Source: an uncultured Clostridia bacterium (GTDB lineage: Bacteria; Bacillota; Clostridia; Christensenellales; UBA1242). Taken from it: a DNA stretch of 64,000 nucleotides. The notes below the pieces were generated by a model. That model saw nothing but the letters and a program-made list of their open reading frames with translations, was not told where the DNA came from and searched no databases. The stretch lies in contig CALWPG010000003.1 of the NCBI GenBank assembly GCA_944383375.1, positions 339 to 64,338 of the forward strand, given 5' to 3'. Of this stretch, positions 45,576 to 53,623 are shown piece after piece (position 1 is the stretch's first letter; every line of letters starts with the position of its first letter). A program made the translations under genes and the position numbers.

Positions 45576-46934
45576 TTACATCTCATAAAATGCCTTATAG
45601 CACATATAACTTTCGAATATATCTACCTTTGAAGTTATTTCCCATGGTGCATGCATACTAAGCACTGGTACACCAGCATCAATAACCTCCATGCCATATC
45701 CCGCCATGATGTAGGCGATTGTACCACCACCACCAGCATCCACTTTGCCCATTTCTGTGGCCTGATAGTTTACATCATATTTATCCAAAACATCTCTAAG
45801 TTTTGCAATAAATTCTGGGTTTGCATCATTCGCACCACTTTTTCCCTTACTTCCAGTATATTTGTTAAAAGAAATGCCTCTACCAAAATGTGCTTCTGTG
45901 GCTTCATTCATAGGTGTTGGATAGTTAGGGTCATATGCTGCTGTAACATCGCTTGAGAGCATGCGTGATTTATTTAAAGTTCTTCGCATATCAAGTTCGT
46001 TATATTGTCCACAAAGGTTCATGACCTCTGCGATGCTATTTTCAAAAAATTTGCTGCTCATGCCAGTAGCGCCAACGCTTCCAATCTCTTCCTTGTCAAC
46101 AAACAGGCAAACACTTGTATGCTTTGGATTTTTTACTTCCATCATTGCTCTAAGTGAAGCATAGGCACAAACTCTGTCATCTTGGCCATAGCCCATGATC
46201 ATGCTTTTGTCAAGACCAAAATCTCTAGCCTTTCCACTTGGAACTATTTCAATTTCAGCGCTGAATAAATCTTCTTCGTCTATGTCAAATGATTTTAAAA
46301 TTTTTAAGATATTGTTCTTAACTTTGTCTTCCTTTTTTGACATATCTGGAACGGAGCCCACAAGTACATTTAAATCCTCGCCTTGGATTTCTACTTTTTT
46401 GTTTTTGTCAAGATGAGGGAGTAGATCAGAAATTCCAACCACGCCATCTTTTTCATCTTCACCGTAGACAAAGTCTATTTTTTTGCCATCTTTTTTAACA
46501 ACTGTGCCATGGATAGCGAGGGGAAGGGTTGTCCATTGATATGTTTTTATTCCACCATAATAATGCGTATCAAGTAGACATAATCCATTATTTTCATAAA
46601 CTGGATTTGCCTTTAGGTCAAGTCGTGGACTGTCTATGTGAGATCCTACAAAATTGAGTCCATAGACCATTTCATGTTCCCCAATCACCATAAGAAGCAT
46701 TGCCTTGCCCATATTCACGGCATAAACCTTATCGCCACTTTTAAGTTTTTTGTTTTGCTTAAGAGCATCGTCAAGGCTAATGTATCCATTGTCTACAGCC
46801 ATTTTTGTAATAAAGTTTATGCATTCACGTTCTGTCTTACAAGTTGATAAAAATGCCTTGTAGTCATTACAAAAATCTTCCATATTTTTTATTTTTTCTT
46901 CACTATATTTTGAAATTACATTATCTTTTTTCAT
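45576..46934 (-). CDS. M18-family aminopeptidase
   Basis: GSHIDSPRLDLKANP, ..GYGQDDRVCAY.., ..DKEEIGS.., 452 aa. Confidence 0.85.
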   Translation of the reverse strand: MKKDNVISKYSEEKIKNMEDFCNDYKAFLSTCKTERECINFITKMAVDNGYISLDDALKQNKKLKSGDKVYAVNMGKAMLLMVIGEHEMVYGLNFVGSHIDSPRLDLKANPVYENNGLCLLDTHYYGGIKTYQWTTLPLAIHGTVVKKDGKKIDFVYGEDEKDGVVGISDLLPHLDKNKKVEIQGEDLNVLVGSVPDMSKKEDKVKNNILKILKSFDIDEEDLFSAEIEIVPSGKARDFGLDKSMIMGYGQDDRVCAYASLRAMMEVKNPKHTSVCLFVDKEEIGSVGATGMSSKFFENSIAEVMNLCGQYNELDMRRTLNKSRMLSSDVTAAYDPNYPTPMNEATEAHFGRGISFNKYTGSKGKSGANDANPEFIAKLRDVLDKYDVNYQATEMGKVDAGGGGTIAYIMAGYGMEVIDAGVPVLSMHAPWEITSKVDIFESYMCYKAFYEM

Positions 46935-46975
46935 ATTTTCTCCTTTATAATTCTGTTATTATGAGACAAATGTCT

Positions 46976-47130
46976 GTCATTCAGAAATTGCATTAGGTGT
47001 CGAAAGGTCTTGAAATTTTTACTCCCACTTTTTTTTCATTCTGAGCATTGGCGAAGAATCTAGAGATTTCTCACTTCGTTCGAAATGACACCGGAAAGTC
47101 CGAAATGACACCGGAAAGTCCGAAATGACA
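46976..47130. repeat. Repeat cluster: a degenerate unit, a forward and a reverse unit, then a perfect 20-bp tandem duplication
   Basis: TCATTCTGAGCATTGGCGAAGAATCTA at 47034-47062; GAGATTTCTCACTTCGTTCGAAATGACA at 47063-47090; CCGGAAAGTCCGAAATGACA x2 at 47091-47130. Confidence 0.8.
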
Positions 47131-47174
47131 AACTTTTAAATGTATAGACTTATATATTATTTCCCAAATTTTGT

Positions 47175-47915
47175 TTAATTATCTCTTGATCTTACAAGGA
47201 AGAAAAGCACAAATCTCAAAAGTTCCAAAATTGAAACAACAAGGGCGGCAACATATGTCATGGCAGCGCTAGATAGCACTTTTTTGCAACCTTTCACTTC
47301 CATTTCGTCAACGCATCCAGTGGATACCAAAAGTTTCAAGGCGCGGTTAGATGCATTAAATTCCACAGGCAACGTGATTAAACTAAACAGTGTGCTCACT
47401 CCAAAAAATGCAACACCGACCCACAAAAAGGTTTTCCCAACAACTCCTCCAACATATGCAAAATCCAAAACTATTCCAATTATGATCAGTGGCCAAACAA
47501 ACATACTCAAAAAATTGCTTGTGTAGGCAAGAGCAGTGCGGATTTTCATTGGTTTATAACCTTTTGCAAGTTGCACGGCATGACCGGTTTCGTGTGCGGC
47601 AACACCAATGGCGGAAATGCTTGTACCCTCATACACTTTGTTTGAGAGTGTAATAACTTTTGTTTTTGGGTTAAAATTATCCACAAGTTCACTTGTGTTA
47701 CCTTTTTGAACTTGGATGTCAAAAATTCCCTCGGCATCCAAAATCTTTTGTACCACTTGTGCCCCTGTAAGCCCTTTAGATGACAGCACTTGGTCATATT
47801 TGTTAAATGTTGTCTTAACGCGTGCACTTGCCACCATAGCAAAAATAAGACCAGGGATCAATATTATTCCCATAAGTGTATATTCCAGATATTCCGGCGA
47901 AAAAAGAATCCACAT
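47175..47915 (-). CDS. YugP-like putative neutral zinc metallopeptidase (Zn_peptidase_2)
   Basis: HETGHAVQ motif with flanking TM segments. Confidence 0.8.
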   Translation of the reverse strand: MWILFSPEYLEYTLMGIILIPGLIFAMVASARVKTTFNKYDQVLSSKGLTGAQVVQKILDAEGIFDIQVQKGNTSELVDNFNPKTKVITLSNKVYEGTSISAIGVAAHETGHAVQLAKGYKPMKIRTALAYTSNFLSMFVWPLIIIGIVLDFAYVGGVVGKTFLWVGVAFFGVSTLFSLITLPVEFNASNRALKLLVSTGCVDEMEVKGCKKVLSSAAMTYVAALVVSILELLRFVLFFLVRSRDN

Positions 47916-47924
47916 AATAACCTC

Positions 47925-48635
47925 CTAATAAAAATCATATTTGTTTACAAGCATTGTCCACTTCAAAACACTTTTCAAAAACGATGCTATATATGTTAGT
48001 TTTGCCGCGGATAACACTTTTTTTGCATATTTTAATTTTTCATTGTCAAAATCTGCATATTTTTGTAATAATTTCAATCCCTTTAAAGATGCTTCTTTTT
48101 CAATCTTTATAGTTGATAGTTTTGTCAAAAGCCCAATAAAAAATGTCAAAAAGCTTAAACCACATAATACTAGTGCTGCGATGATGTTAAAAAATATACA
48201 GATGACACCAATTAAAAGTAATGGAAGTGTGAGCTTGGATAGAAATGCACTAAGTTTCAATTTTTTTGCAAATTTACGCATTTTTTCTGGTGTGTCTCTG
48301 TATTGCATGGCATGACCAAGTTCATGTGCGCAAACGGAAAATGCTGAAACATTACTTCCAAAAGCAACTCTACTTGATAAATTAATTGACCCCGCATGAT
48401 AATAATCTGTTAAAAAACCATCAATGACATTGACGACGATTTTGTTGTTGAACTCACCAGAAGAAATATTTTTTGCCAGCGTCAATGTATTGAAAAATTC
48501 TGCATTTAGTTTTTCATATCTTTCAAATATTGCAACCAGATTACTTCCAGCATAGTTGGCAATAGCAAGACAAACGACTAAACCTATCACAAATACGCCA
48601 ATCAAAACATATAGGATGATATCTAATATACCCAT
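47925..48635 (-). CDS. YugP-like putative neutral zinc metallopeptidase, tandem paralog
   Basis: HELGHAMQ motif and the same TM topology. Confidence 0.8.
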   Translation of the reverse strand: MGILDIILYVLIGVFVIGLVVCLAIANYAGSNLVAIFERYEKLNAEFFNTLTLAKNISSGEFNNKIVVNVIDGFLTDYYHAGSINLSSRVAFGSNVSAFSVCAHELGHAMQYRDTPEKMRKFAKKLKLSAFLSKLTLPLLLIGVICIFFNIIAALVLCGLSFLTFFIGLLTKLSTIKIEKEASLKGLKLLQKYADFDNEKLKYAKKVLSAAKLTYIASFLKSVLKWTMLVNKYDFY

Positions 48636-48731
48636 AAGTATATATTGTGTTAAAATAAAAAAAATGTCAAATAATTTTGACTTTAATACTTGACAACTCC
48701 TTAACTGTTATTGTAAACTTATGTCGCATTT

Positions 48732-48813
48732 GCGAGTGTGGCGGAATGGCAGACGCGCTTGTTTAAGGGGCAAGTTCGAAAGAGTGTGGGTTCAAGTCCC
48801 GCCACTCGCACCA
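48732..48813 (+). tRNA. tRNA-Leu (class II, long variable arm); anticodon AAG by hand fold; encoded CCA
   Basis: GCGAGTG/CACTCGC acceptor; D arm GCG..CGC; anticodon stem CTTGT/GCAAG with loop TTAAGGG; variable arm TTCGAAAGAGT; T arm GTGGG-TTCAAGT-CCCGC. Aligns position by position with E. coli tRNA-Leu. Confidence 0.85.
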
Positions 48814-49100
48814 TTAAAGAATTGCGTTTTTCACGGTTTCACCAAATGGTGAAACGTTAGTGTGAGGCGCTTATTTTATTTTTAAGCAAATATCATAAGT
48901 TTGCATAACAAAAGACAAGGAGATAACATGGAAGAAAACGCGAGTTCTGCTGAAATGAAATAGGGAGACTTTAAATTCCATGAAGTGATAGACTGTGCTT
49001 TTGCACAGTTTTTTACTCACTGACAAAGGAGTTGTTATTGGTTGTCTTTTTTGCTTTTTTGTGTTAGCATGTAATAGATAAAAAGTTAAGGAAAGTAAAT

Positions 49101-49829
49101 ATGAAAAAGATATTTTCTAAAATAATTTTTGCACTGCTACTCATTCCAATGATTTTCTTTGCTTCAGCTTGTGGTGATGGCGATGAAACAGTACAAGAAA
49201 ATGTAGAATACAACGTAAATGTGCAAAGTTCGGATTTTTATAATGTGTCAAATAGAACTACAAAAGCAACCGCCGGATTGTCTGCCTTTGTGGTCATAAA
49301 CCCAAAGTTTGATGCAGTTATTATTGAAAATGTCATGTGTAATGGTCAAGAATGCACTTTGGATGATAGCATTGCAAATCGATACAACTTTACAATGCCA
49401 AATGAAGATGCAAATGTGACTGTTCAAATTGGGTTTGTGGACAACACACAAGATAATTTTTTGTCTTGGAGCAATGATAATAATTATACTTTTAAAATAA
49501 CAACTGACAGTGAAGAGGAATATTATGACCCTCAGTATGACTCTGGAAGTCGATTTGAGGCAGAAGTGTCCAGTACGCCAGCATCTTCTGGTGGGTATTT
49601 TACTAGCCACAATGAAAGTGTGTTTTCACTAGATCAAAACGTTGTACCAAATAGTGCATTATCTGTAAATGTTTTGACTGCTCCACTAAGCAATTTTGCA
49701 GTTGGATTTGAAGTCATAATAGATCGTTCGCAAGTTTTTGTAGGTACAACTCAAATTGTACTTTTGGTAGAAAATCAACATCGTTTTAATGATGCTTCGT
49801 TGCTAGTTTGCACAGTTAACATTGATTAA
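49101..49829 (+). CDS. Lipoprotein, unknown function
   Basis: Signal peptide with lipobox MKKIFSKIIFALLLIPMIFFASAC|G. Confidence 0.7.
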   Translation: MKKIFSKIIFALLLIPMIFFASACGDGDETVQENVEYNVNVQSSDFYNVSNRTTKATAGLSAFVVINPKFDAVIIENVMCNGQECTLDDSIANRYNFTMPNEDANVTVQIGFVDNTQDNFLSWSNDNNYTFKITTDSEEEYYDPQYDSGSRFEAEVSSTPASSGGYFTSHNESVFSLDQNVVPNSALSVNVLTAPLSNFAVGFEVIIDRSQVFVGTTQIVLLVENQHRFNDASLLVCTVNID

Positions 49830-49887
49830 TCAATTTAAACAAGTGTATATTATTGACAAAATTTAAACAATATTTTAATATAAAACT

Positions 49888-50718
49888 ATGGAAAATGAAT
49901 TTTTGTTTGATGATTTAGAAGTTCAAAATAATGCCTTGCCAGAGGGGAAAAGTGTGGATGTTTTCAACGCACTTTCGCTTTGTGATGAAAGTCTAGGGGA
50001 ACTTTATGAAAAGCAAGGGTATAATCCATATAAAGAAAACTTTGTTTTGACAGAAGAATATGCCAATGAAATTTTAAAAAACAAAAAAAATGCACTTGAA
50101 ATTTCAGAAAACTTTTTAGAATATTCCAACAAAGAGGTGTCAAAGCACTTTACAATGGCACTTGAAAACACCCAAGACATAATTTCGGCACTTATGGACG
50201 AACTTTCCAAAACTTCTGATGAAAAGGTAAAAGGGCAAATTGAAAAGACTATTGTCATATTAAAAAATAGAAATGAACTTTTAAAACTTAACATAGGAAA
50301 ACTTAAACAAAAAGATGCAAATGCACTAAGGATGTATCAAGAGTTGTTTGGAATAGATAGTGAGCTCAGTGAACTTTTAAGAGATACATTTAATGAAAAA
50401 GCCAACGCCCAGATTGTGCTCATGCAACTTATGTCGCTGATAAGAGCGCGCGCAAGTGTGGTTTACACCAAGGCGAAGCAGCTTTTAAGACAAGAAAATG
50501 AAAACAGTGTCCAAGAGGATATCAAAAAGGCGATTGAACACTCTCAGCAACAAGCACAAAGTTTAAAACAGCAACCAAAGTCAAGTCAAAACGAAATACA
50601 AAACCAAGAGGAAGAGGCAAAAGAACAGTCCGAAACAAAATTGCAGGAAAGAGAAGAAAGTAAAAACAATCAACCAAAACAAGATTTCTATAAAAATGAT
50701 GAAGAATTTACCAGATAA
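49888..50718 (+). CDS. Hypothetical acidic coiled-coil protein
   Basis: 276 aa with a Q/E/K-rich C-terminus. No family recognised. Confidence 0.5.
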   Translation: MENEFLFDDLEVQNNALPEGKSVDVFNALSLCDESLGELYEKQGYNPYKENFVLTEEYANEILKNKKNALEISENFLEYSNKEVSKHFTMALENTQDIISALMDELSKTSDEKVKGQIEKTIVILKNRNELLKLNIGKLKQKDANALRMYQELFGIDSELSELLRDTFNEKANAQIVLMQLMSLIRARASVVYTKAKQLLRQENENSVQEDIKKAIEHSQQQAQSLKQQPKSSQNEIQNQEEEAKEQSETKLQEREESKNNQPKQDFYKNDEEFTR

Positions 50719-50824
50719 TTTAAAAAATAATTGACAACAATATTTTATTGTGATAACATAGCACTGCACCATAACGAGTGGGTGCTATTTTTTAAGTGAG
50801 AAATATTATTTAAGGAGAACAACT

Positions 50825-50986
50825 ATGGCAAATCCAAAGAGAGCATTGGTTACACTTGCTTGCACAGAATGCAAAGAGCGCAACTATTCAACAAGCAAAA
50901 ACAAGAAAAATCAAGCAGAAAGAATAGAAATGAAAAAATATTGCCCAAGATGCAATAAGCACACAATGCATAAAGAAACCAAATAA
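50825..50986 (+). CDS. rpmG: 50S ribosomal protein L33
   Basis: Below the track cutoff. [53 protein letters not shown]; RBS AAGGAG. Confidence 0.93.
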   Translation: MANPKRALVTLACTECKERNYSTSKNKKNQAERIEMKKYCPRCNKHTMHKETK

Positions 50987-50997
50987 GGAGCAAAAAA

Positions 50998-51381
50998 GTG
51001 GCAAAGAAAAATAAAAAGAAAGGTCAAACAAAGCCAAAACAACAAGTTGATGTTAGTGTGGCTCAGGTAGAAGAACAAACCGAGCAAAACGAAGTAGTTG
51101 TTGGCACACCAAAGGAAACTGAGGCCAAACAAGCCGACAAGTCAAAGCCTGAAAAAAAGACTGACAAAAAGAAAAATAAAGTCAAAAAACCATCAAAAAC
51201 AGCTAAAAAGATCAAGGAGACAACAAGTGAACTCAAAAAAGTTACTTGGCCTAGTTTTTTAACTGTTGTCAAAAAAACAGGTGTAGTTTTGGCAGTTGTT
51301 ATAATTTTTGCAGTTGTATTGTTTGGTATAGACAGATTGCTTTCGTGGTTATTTGAACTTTTGACCACGTCTGTGGCGTAA
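50998..51381 (+). CDS. secE: Preprotein translocase subunit SecE (with long basic N-terminal extension)
   Basis: C-terminal ELKKVTWPS...TGVVLAVVIIFAVVLFGIDRLL; GTG start behind AAGGAG; between rpmG and nusG. Confidence 0.88.
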   Translation: MAKKNKKKGQTKPKQQVDVSVAQVEEQTEQNEVVVGTPKETEAKQADKSKPEKKTDKKKNKVKKPSKTAKKIKETTSELKKVTWPSFLTVVKKTGVVLAVVIIFAVVLFGIDRLLSWLFELLTTSVA

Positions 51382-51391
51382 GGAGTGATAT

Positions 51392-51940
51392 ATGGAAAAA
51401 GTAGACGTAGAAAACATAGAGCCAAAGTGGTATGTGCTCCACACCTACACAGGTTATGAAAAAATTGCCAAAGAGAATTTGGAGACCATGGCAGTAAAGT
51501 ATGGTCTTGAGGATAGAATTCTTGACATAATTATTCCAATGGAAAATGTTATCCAAGAAAAAAATGGCAAGAAAAAACTTATCCAAAGAAAGACCATGCC
51601 AGGATATATCTTTGTGAAGATGAGATATGGCGACGACATTTGGCATAATGTCACTTTAACACATGGTGTCACTGGCTTCACAGGACCAAAAGGTAGACCA
51701 CTTGCACTCACTGAGGATGATGTCAAACGCATGCACCTTGAGCGTGTTACCGTGGAAGTTGATTTGACCCCAGGCGATAAAATCGAAGTCGTTGACGGCC
51801 CACTCACTGGCCAAATTGGTACCGTAGTTGAACTCGATAAAGAGTCATCTAGATGCAAAGTAAATGTCGAAATGTTTGGAAGAGACACATTGGTTGATCT
51901 TGACTATTCACAGATAATAAAAATAAAAGATAATAATTAA
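51392..51940 (+). CDS. nusG: Transcription termination/antitermination factor NusG
   Basis: WYVLHTYTGYE NGN domain; KOW GDKIEVVDGPLTGQIGTV. Confidence 0.95.
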   Translation: MEKVDVENIEPKWYVLHTYTGYEKIAKENLETMAVKYGLEDRILDIIIPMENVIQEKNGKKKLIQRKTMPGYIFVKMRYGDDIWHNVTLTHGVTGFTGPKGRPLALTEDDVKRMHLERVTVEVDLTPGDKIEVVDGPLTGQIGTVVELDKESSRCKVNVEMFGRDTLVDLDYSQIIKIKDNN

Positions 51941-52035
51941 TTTGGTTTTTTCAAGGCTTTTGCCTTGTGAAAATAATTTAGTGGGAGAGATGTAAATTTT
52001 GCATGCATCTCAACATTACCACATAGGAGGAAAAA

Positions 52036-52464
52036 ATGGCAGCAAAAAAACTTACAGCAGTTGTAAAATTACAATTGCCAGCCGGAAAAGCAACAGCCGG
52101 CCCACCAGTTGGATCCTCACTTGGACCACACGGTGTAAATAGTGTTCAGTTTGTAAAGGAGTTTAACGATAAGACTGCAAGTCAAGCAGGACTTATCATT
52201 CCAGTGGTGATTTCTATCTACCAAGATAGGTCATATGACTTTATTTTAAAAACACCACCTGCAGCAGTGCTTATTAAAAAAGCATTGGGCATTGAATCTG
52301 GCTCCGGAAAACCAAACAAACAAAAAGTCGGAAAATTGACATTGGCTCAAGTTCGTGAAATTGCAGAAACAAAGATGCCTGATTTAAACGCATCAAGTGT
52401 TGAACAAGCAATGGAAATGATAAAGGGCACTGCACGCAGTATGGGCGTGACAGTTGAAGAGTAG
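52036..52464 (+). CDS. rplK: 50S ribosomal protein L11
   Basis: [25 protein letters not shown]. Confidence 0.97.
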   Translation: MAAKKLTAVVKLQLPAGKATAGPPVGSSLGPHGVNSVQFVKEFNDKTASQAGLIIPVVISIYQDRSYDFILKTPPAAVLIKKALGIESGSGKPNKQKVGKLTLAQVREIAETKMPDLNASSVEQAMEMIKGTARSMGVTVEE

Positions 52465-52475
52465 AGGAGGCACAT

Positions 52476-53156
52476 ATGAAAAATAAGAGATATGCTCAGG
52501 GCAAAAGCCAAATCGAAAACAGACTTTATGACGTTGAAGAGGGTTTTAAACTCCTAGAAAGTTTACCAAAGGCAAAGTTTGACGAAACTGTTGAACTTCA
52601 CGTACGTTTGGGTGTAGATGGCAGAAATGCAGATCAACAAGTTCGTGGAGTGGTTGTTTTGCCAAATGGAACAGGTAAGAGTGTAAAGGTTTTAGTCATC
52701 GCCAAAGGAGATAAGGCAAACGAGGCACAACAAGCAGGTGCAGATGTCGTTGGGGCTGAAGAGATTGTTCAAAAGATACAATCTGAAAATTGGCTTGATT
52801 TTGACGTTTGTATCACAACTCCAGATATGATGGGTGTTGTTGGTAGAATCGCAAGAATTTTGGGACCTAAAGGTTTAATGCCAAATCCAAAGAGCGGAAC
52901 TGTTACAATGGATGTTAAAAAGGCTATTGAAGATGTCAAAGCCGGAAAAGTTGAATATCGTTTGGACAAAGGTAACAACGTTCACTGTGTTATAGGAAAA
53001 CTTAGTTTTGGAACAGATAAACTTATAGAGAACTACAACACATTGATTTCAGCTTTAATCAAGGCAAAACCAGCTTCTGCAAAGGGACAATATATTCGCA
53101 ATGTTGTAATTGCAAGCAGCATGGGACCTGGAATCAAACTTTCAACACGTTCATAA
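52476..53156 (+). CDS. rplA: 50S ribosomal protein L1
   Basis: [29 protein letters not shown]. Confidence 0.97.
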   Translation: MKNKRYAQGKSQIENRLYDVEEGFKLLESLPKAKFDETVELHVRLGVDGRNADQQVRGVVVLPNGTGKSVKVLVIAKGDKANEAQQAGADVVGAEEIVQKIQSENWLDFDVCITTPDMMGVVGRIARILGPKGLMPNPKSGTVTMDVKKAIEDVKAGKVEYRLDKGNNVHCVIGKLSFGTDKLIENYNTLISALIKAKPASAKGQYIRNVVIASSMGPGIKLSTRS

Positions 53157-53162
53157 AAAAAG

Positions 53163-53199
53163 AAAAATTAGGGAATTATTTATTTTACCTAATTTTTTT
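53163..53199 (+). terminator. Intrinsic terminator after rplA
   Basis: AATTAGG (53166-72)/CCTAATT (53188-94) plus T7. It shares the AAAAATTAGG...CCTAATTTTTT arms with the element after glnS. Confidence 0.65.
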
Positions 53200-53208
53200 G
53201 TGTCAGTC

Positions 53209-53520
53209 AGAGATTTCTCGCTATCGCTCGAAATGACAAAAATAAGTCGTTCGAAATGACATGGGCGTTGTCGCTTGAAAGACACTAACTCCTGTCATTC
53301 CGAGTGACTTTGTCACGAGCAATCTCAGTTGTTGTCATTATGAAGTGCGTAGCACTGAGGAATCTTTAACTTGTCACTCCGACTTCTGTTTACATTGACG
53401 GACAAACGAGGAGTCTCGGTCAAAGGGAGCTTAAGAGATTTCTCGCTATCGCTCGAAATGACAGCAGGGTGGATTGGAAATGACACAGGGCTGTCGCTTG
53501 AACCACACGGGATGTCACTT
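53209..53520. repeat. Largest cluster (at least 8 units, both orientations) of the dispersed repeat, filling the rplA-ABC spacer
   Basis: Perfect 30-nt direct repeat AGAGATTTCTCGCTATCGCTCGAAATGACA at 53209-53238 and 53434-53463. Forward units at 53294-53326, 53334-53365 and 53373-~53400; partial reverse units ..TCGAAATGAC, ..TTGAAAGACAC, ..GGAAATGACAC. Confidence 0.85.
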
Positions 53521-53549
53521 GAAATGGAAAAACAAAAAATAAAAAAGTG

Positions 53550-53578
53550 TTGACAAAGTTTTTTTCCATTCATATACT
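53550..53578 (+). promoter_or_regulatory. Candidate promoter of the ABC exporter pair (TTGACA-17-TATACT)
   Basis: TTGACA at 53550-53555 and TATACT at 53573-53578. Confidence 0.55.
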
Positions 53579-53623
53579 ATTCATTGACACTGTGTCATAT
53601 AAATACAATTTTAGGAGAGTACT

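Noticed and set aside
48836-48855. Fourth parS-like site after tRNA-Leu (GTTTCACC-AAAT-GGTGAAAC)
   Set aside because: The arms resemble parS halves, but 6 bp (CAAATG) are inserted between the parS half-site arms GTTTCAC/GTGAAAC, which destroys the 16-bp palindrome. It is more simply a 3' hairpin of the tRNA transcript.
50731-50795. Attenuator hairpin in the rpmG-secE-nusG leader (ATAGCAC..GTGCTAT plus T6)
   Set aside because: The 5' arm overlaps the predicted extended -10 (TGATAACAT 50751-59), so it would not be transcribed from that promoter. The remaining inner stem is only 5 bp, which is too ambiguous.
51941-52035. L1-binding leader upstream of rplK (GGGAGAGATG..CATCTC hairpin)
   Set aside because: There is only a short hairpin and a GGGAG motif. 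I cannot verify the L1 mRNA-site consensus by eye.
53209-53520. Possible CRISPR array
   Set aside because: The units are degenerate and occur in both orientations. They have no constant repeat length or regular unique spacers. No cas genes or leader are present.
53325-53573. ORFs 53325-53573 (-) and 53371-53553 (+) in the rplA-ABC spacer
   Set aside because: Both are built entirely from the dispersed repeat units and have no RBS. This is the typical spurious translation of repeats.
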